Positions 62,540 through 64,000 of a stretch of 64,000 nucleotides of DNA are shown here, one piece after another; position 1 is the stretch's first letter, and each line of letters begins with the position of its first letter. A program made the position numbers and the translations under genes. The notes under the pieces are model-generated. The model was not told the DNA's origin. It was given only the letters and a program-made list of their open reading frames with translations, and did no database searches. The stretch is from the human T2T-CHM13v2.0 reference genome, Homo sapiens: the NCBI RefSeq assembly GCF_009914755.1, contig NC_060947.1, one strand, 5' to 3'.

Positions 62540-63115
62540 TTTCACAATTGATGATGTCTTATATGCATCAAAACTTGCAGACTGGGTGTAAGTGGCTTGA
62601 GAAAATATATTGGAGACTAAAGTGGGGCTGTTGGAGACTCATAGGAATCAAATAGTTAGAAGGTGGGGGAGTGAGAGAGGCAGTAAGTTGGATGCTTCCC
62701 AGGTGTTTAGCAGCCATCCCAAAGTGGCAGTCAAAAATAGGCTAGCTTTACATAATTTCAAAGTTAGGTACTGATGGTTCCAGTTTCTTTTTATGGATTC
62801 TTTTAAAAAGTGCTGTATCACCAAATGCTGTTGATGGCATAGAAGACAACACTGTGGAAAAATGTGGACATTGACCAGTCTGAGTCAAAAAGATGGACAG
62901 ATATTCAGTTCTAAATGTGAGGAATTTTTAGGAAAACCTTGAGCAGTTAATTTTGCTTATTTCCCTTTCTATGTGTATATGAATGATAAATGAAAAGTCT
63001 AAAAGAGCTCCTTTAATAAGCCTGAGATAAATGCTAAGTCGTAGACTACTGCATCATATCTTATTTGGCTTTTTTTTAGTGCCACCTAAAATACTGGTGT
63101 TTTAGCTTTGAGATG
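62540..63115 (+). mobile_element. Pogo/Tc2-type (Kanga-like) DNA transposon remnant
   Basis: LADWV*VA*ENI (~62575) and SFKKCCIT/NAVDGIED (~62800) resemble pogo transposase C-terminal motifs (WV..AW..I; SFKKCGISNALDGSED). Confidence 0.55.
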
Positions 63116-63389
63116 CTCTTATCCTCCTGCTTCCAGCTCTATCTACACCTCAGAAGGAGCTGGGTCCTTTCCCAGAGTCTATTGTATAAATTAACCTTCT
63201 TCCTGTAGTCACTCTATGTCCATCTGTTTCCCAGCCACTTTAATTTTGTTCTTTTTCCTTTCTCTTGTGCTTGTAGATTTAAGTCTTAAAAACAAGCCAG
63301 GTATTATTGTTTATAGTGGAATTTTGAGTAGGAGTGGAGGTTAACCTGTACATCAATCTAGTAGGAATATTCATTCAATCACTCAAGGG

Positions 63390-64000
63390 ATGAGCTTATG
63401 GAAAAGTTACAAAAATAGTAGCATTCCTTTATATTCCTCACCCTGCTCCCTTAATGTTAACATTTTATATAAAGGATCAAGAATAGGAAATTAGTCTTGG
63501 TACAGTATTATTAACTAAACTACAGAGCTTATTTGAATTCCATCAGTTTTTCCACTGGTGGTCTATTTCTGTTCTAGGATCCTGTCCAGGATCCCATATT
63601 GCATTTAGTTATTATTTCTCCTTAGTCTCATCCAGTTTGTAATAATTTCTTAATCTTTAATGACACCTTTGAAGAGTACAGATCAATATTTTGTAGAATG
63701 TTCCTCAATTTGTATTTGTTTGATGCTTTCTTATGAATAAGGTTGTTCATTTTTGGCAAGAATATAATGATGCATATTTTTCAGTGTATCATATCAAGGA
63801 GTTCATGATGTTGATGTGTCTTGTTACTGGTGACATTTACCTTGATTCCTTGTTTAAATTGCTGTCTGCAGGGTTTCTCTACAGTAAAATTATTACTTTT
63901 TCTCTTTATGGTTAAAATATCTTGGGGGAGATGCTTTGAGACTAGGCAGATATCCTATTTATCCTCAAATTTTTGTCCATTGATTTTTTTCATTCTTTGG
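63390..64000 (-). mobile_element. Old L1MC-type 3' fragment
   Basis: CTATTTCTGTTCTAGGATCC..CATATTGCATTTAGTT..ATTTTGTAGAATGTTCCTCAATTTG. Confidence 0.7.

Overview
Eukaryotic, primate (human or great ape) genomic DNA dominated by interspersed repeats. The only protein-coding sequence I can support is the first coding exon of REPS2/POB1 (+ strand, ATG 37385 to the splice donor after 37657), in a CpG island with a GC-box/CCAAT promoter. From memory this is the Xp22 locus downstream of RBBP7. Positions 1-37 kb are upstream intergenic sequence and the rest is intron 1; I found no exon 2. Highlights: (1) an interrupted GGC repeat in the 5' leader and a coding GCN polyalanine tract, with a 16-Gly upstream frame separated from the REPS2 frame by a single TGA; (2) two independent antisense SVAs only 1.7 kb apart in intron 1; (3) a fragmented but collinear Charlie/Buster-type hAT transposase fossil at about 7.7-11.2 kb; (4) a MER41 LTR with one GAS site intact and one apparently disrupted; (5) three RFX X-box-like motifs; (6) a target site apparently used twice (L1 plus Alu); (7) a Y3 RNA retrocopy. 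Nearly all ORFs in the supplied track are repeat-derived noise. Repeat boundaries and subfamilies were read by eye against remembered consensus sequences and are approximate. I see no clear evidence of a wholly new biological system; the best leads are regulatory and repeat-instability hypotheses.
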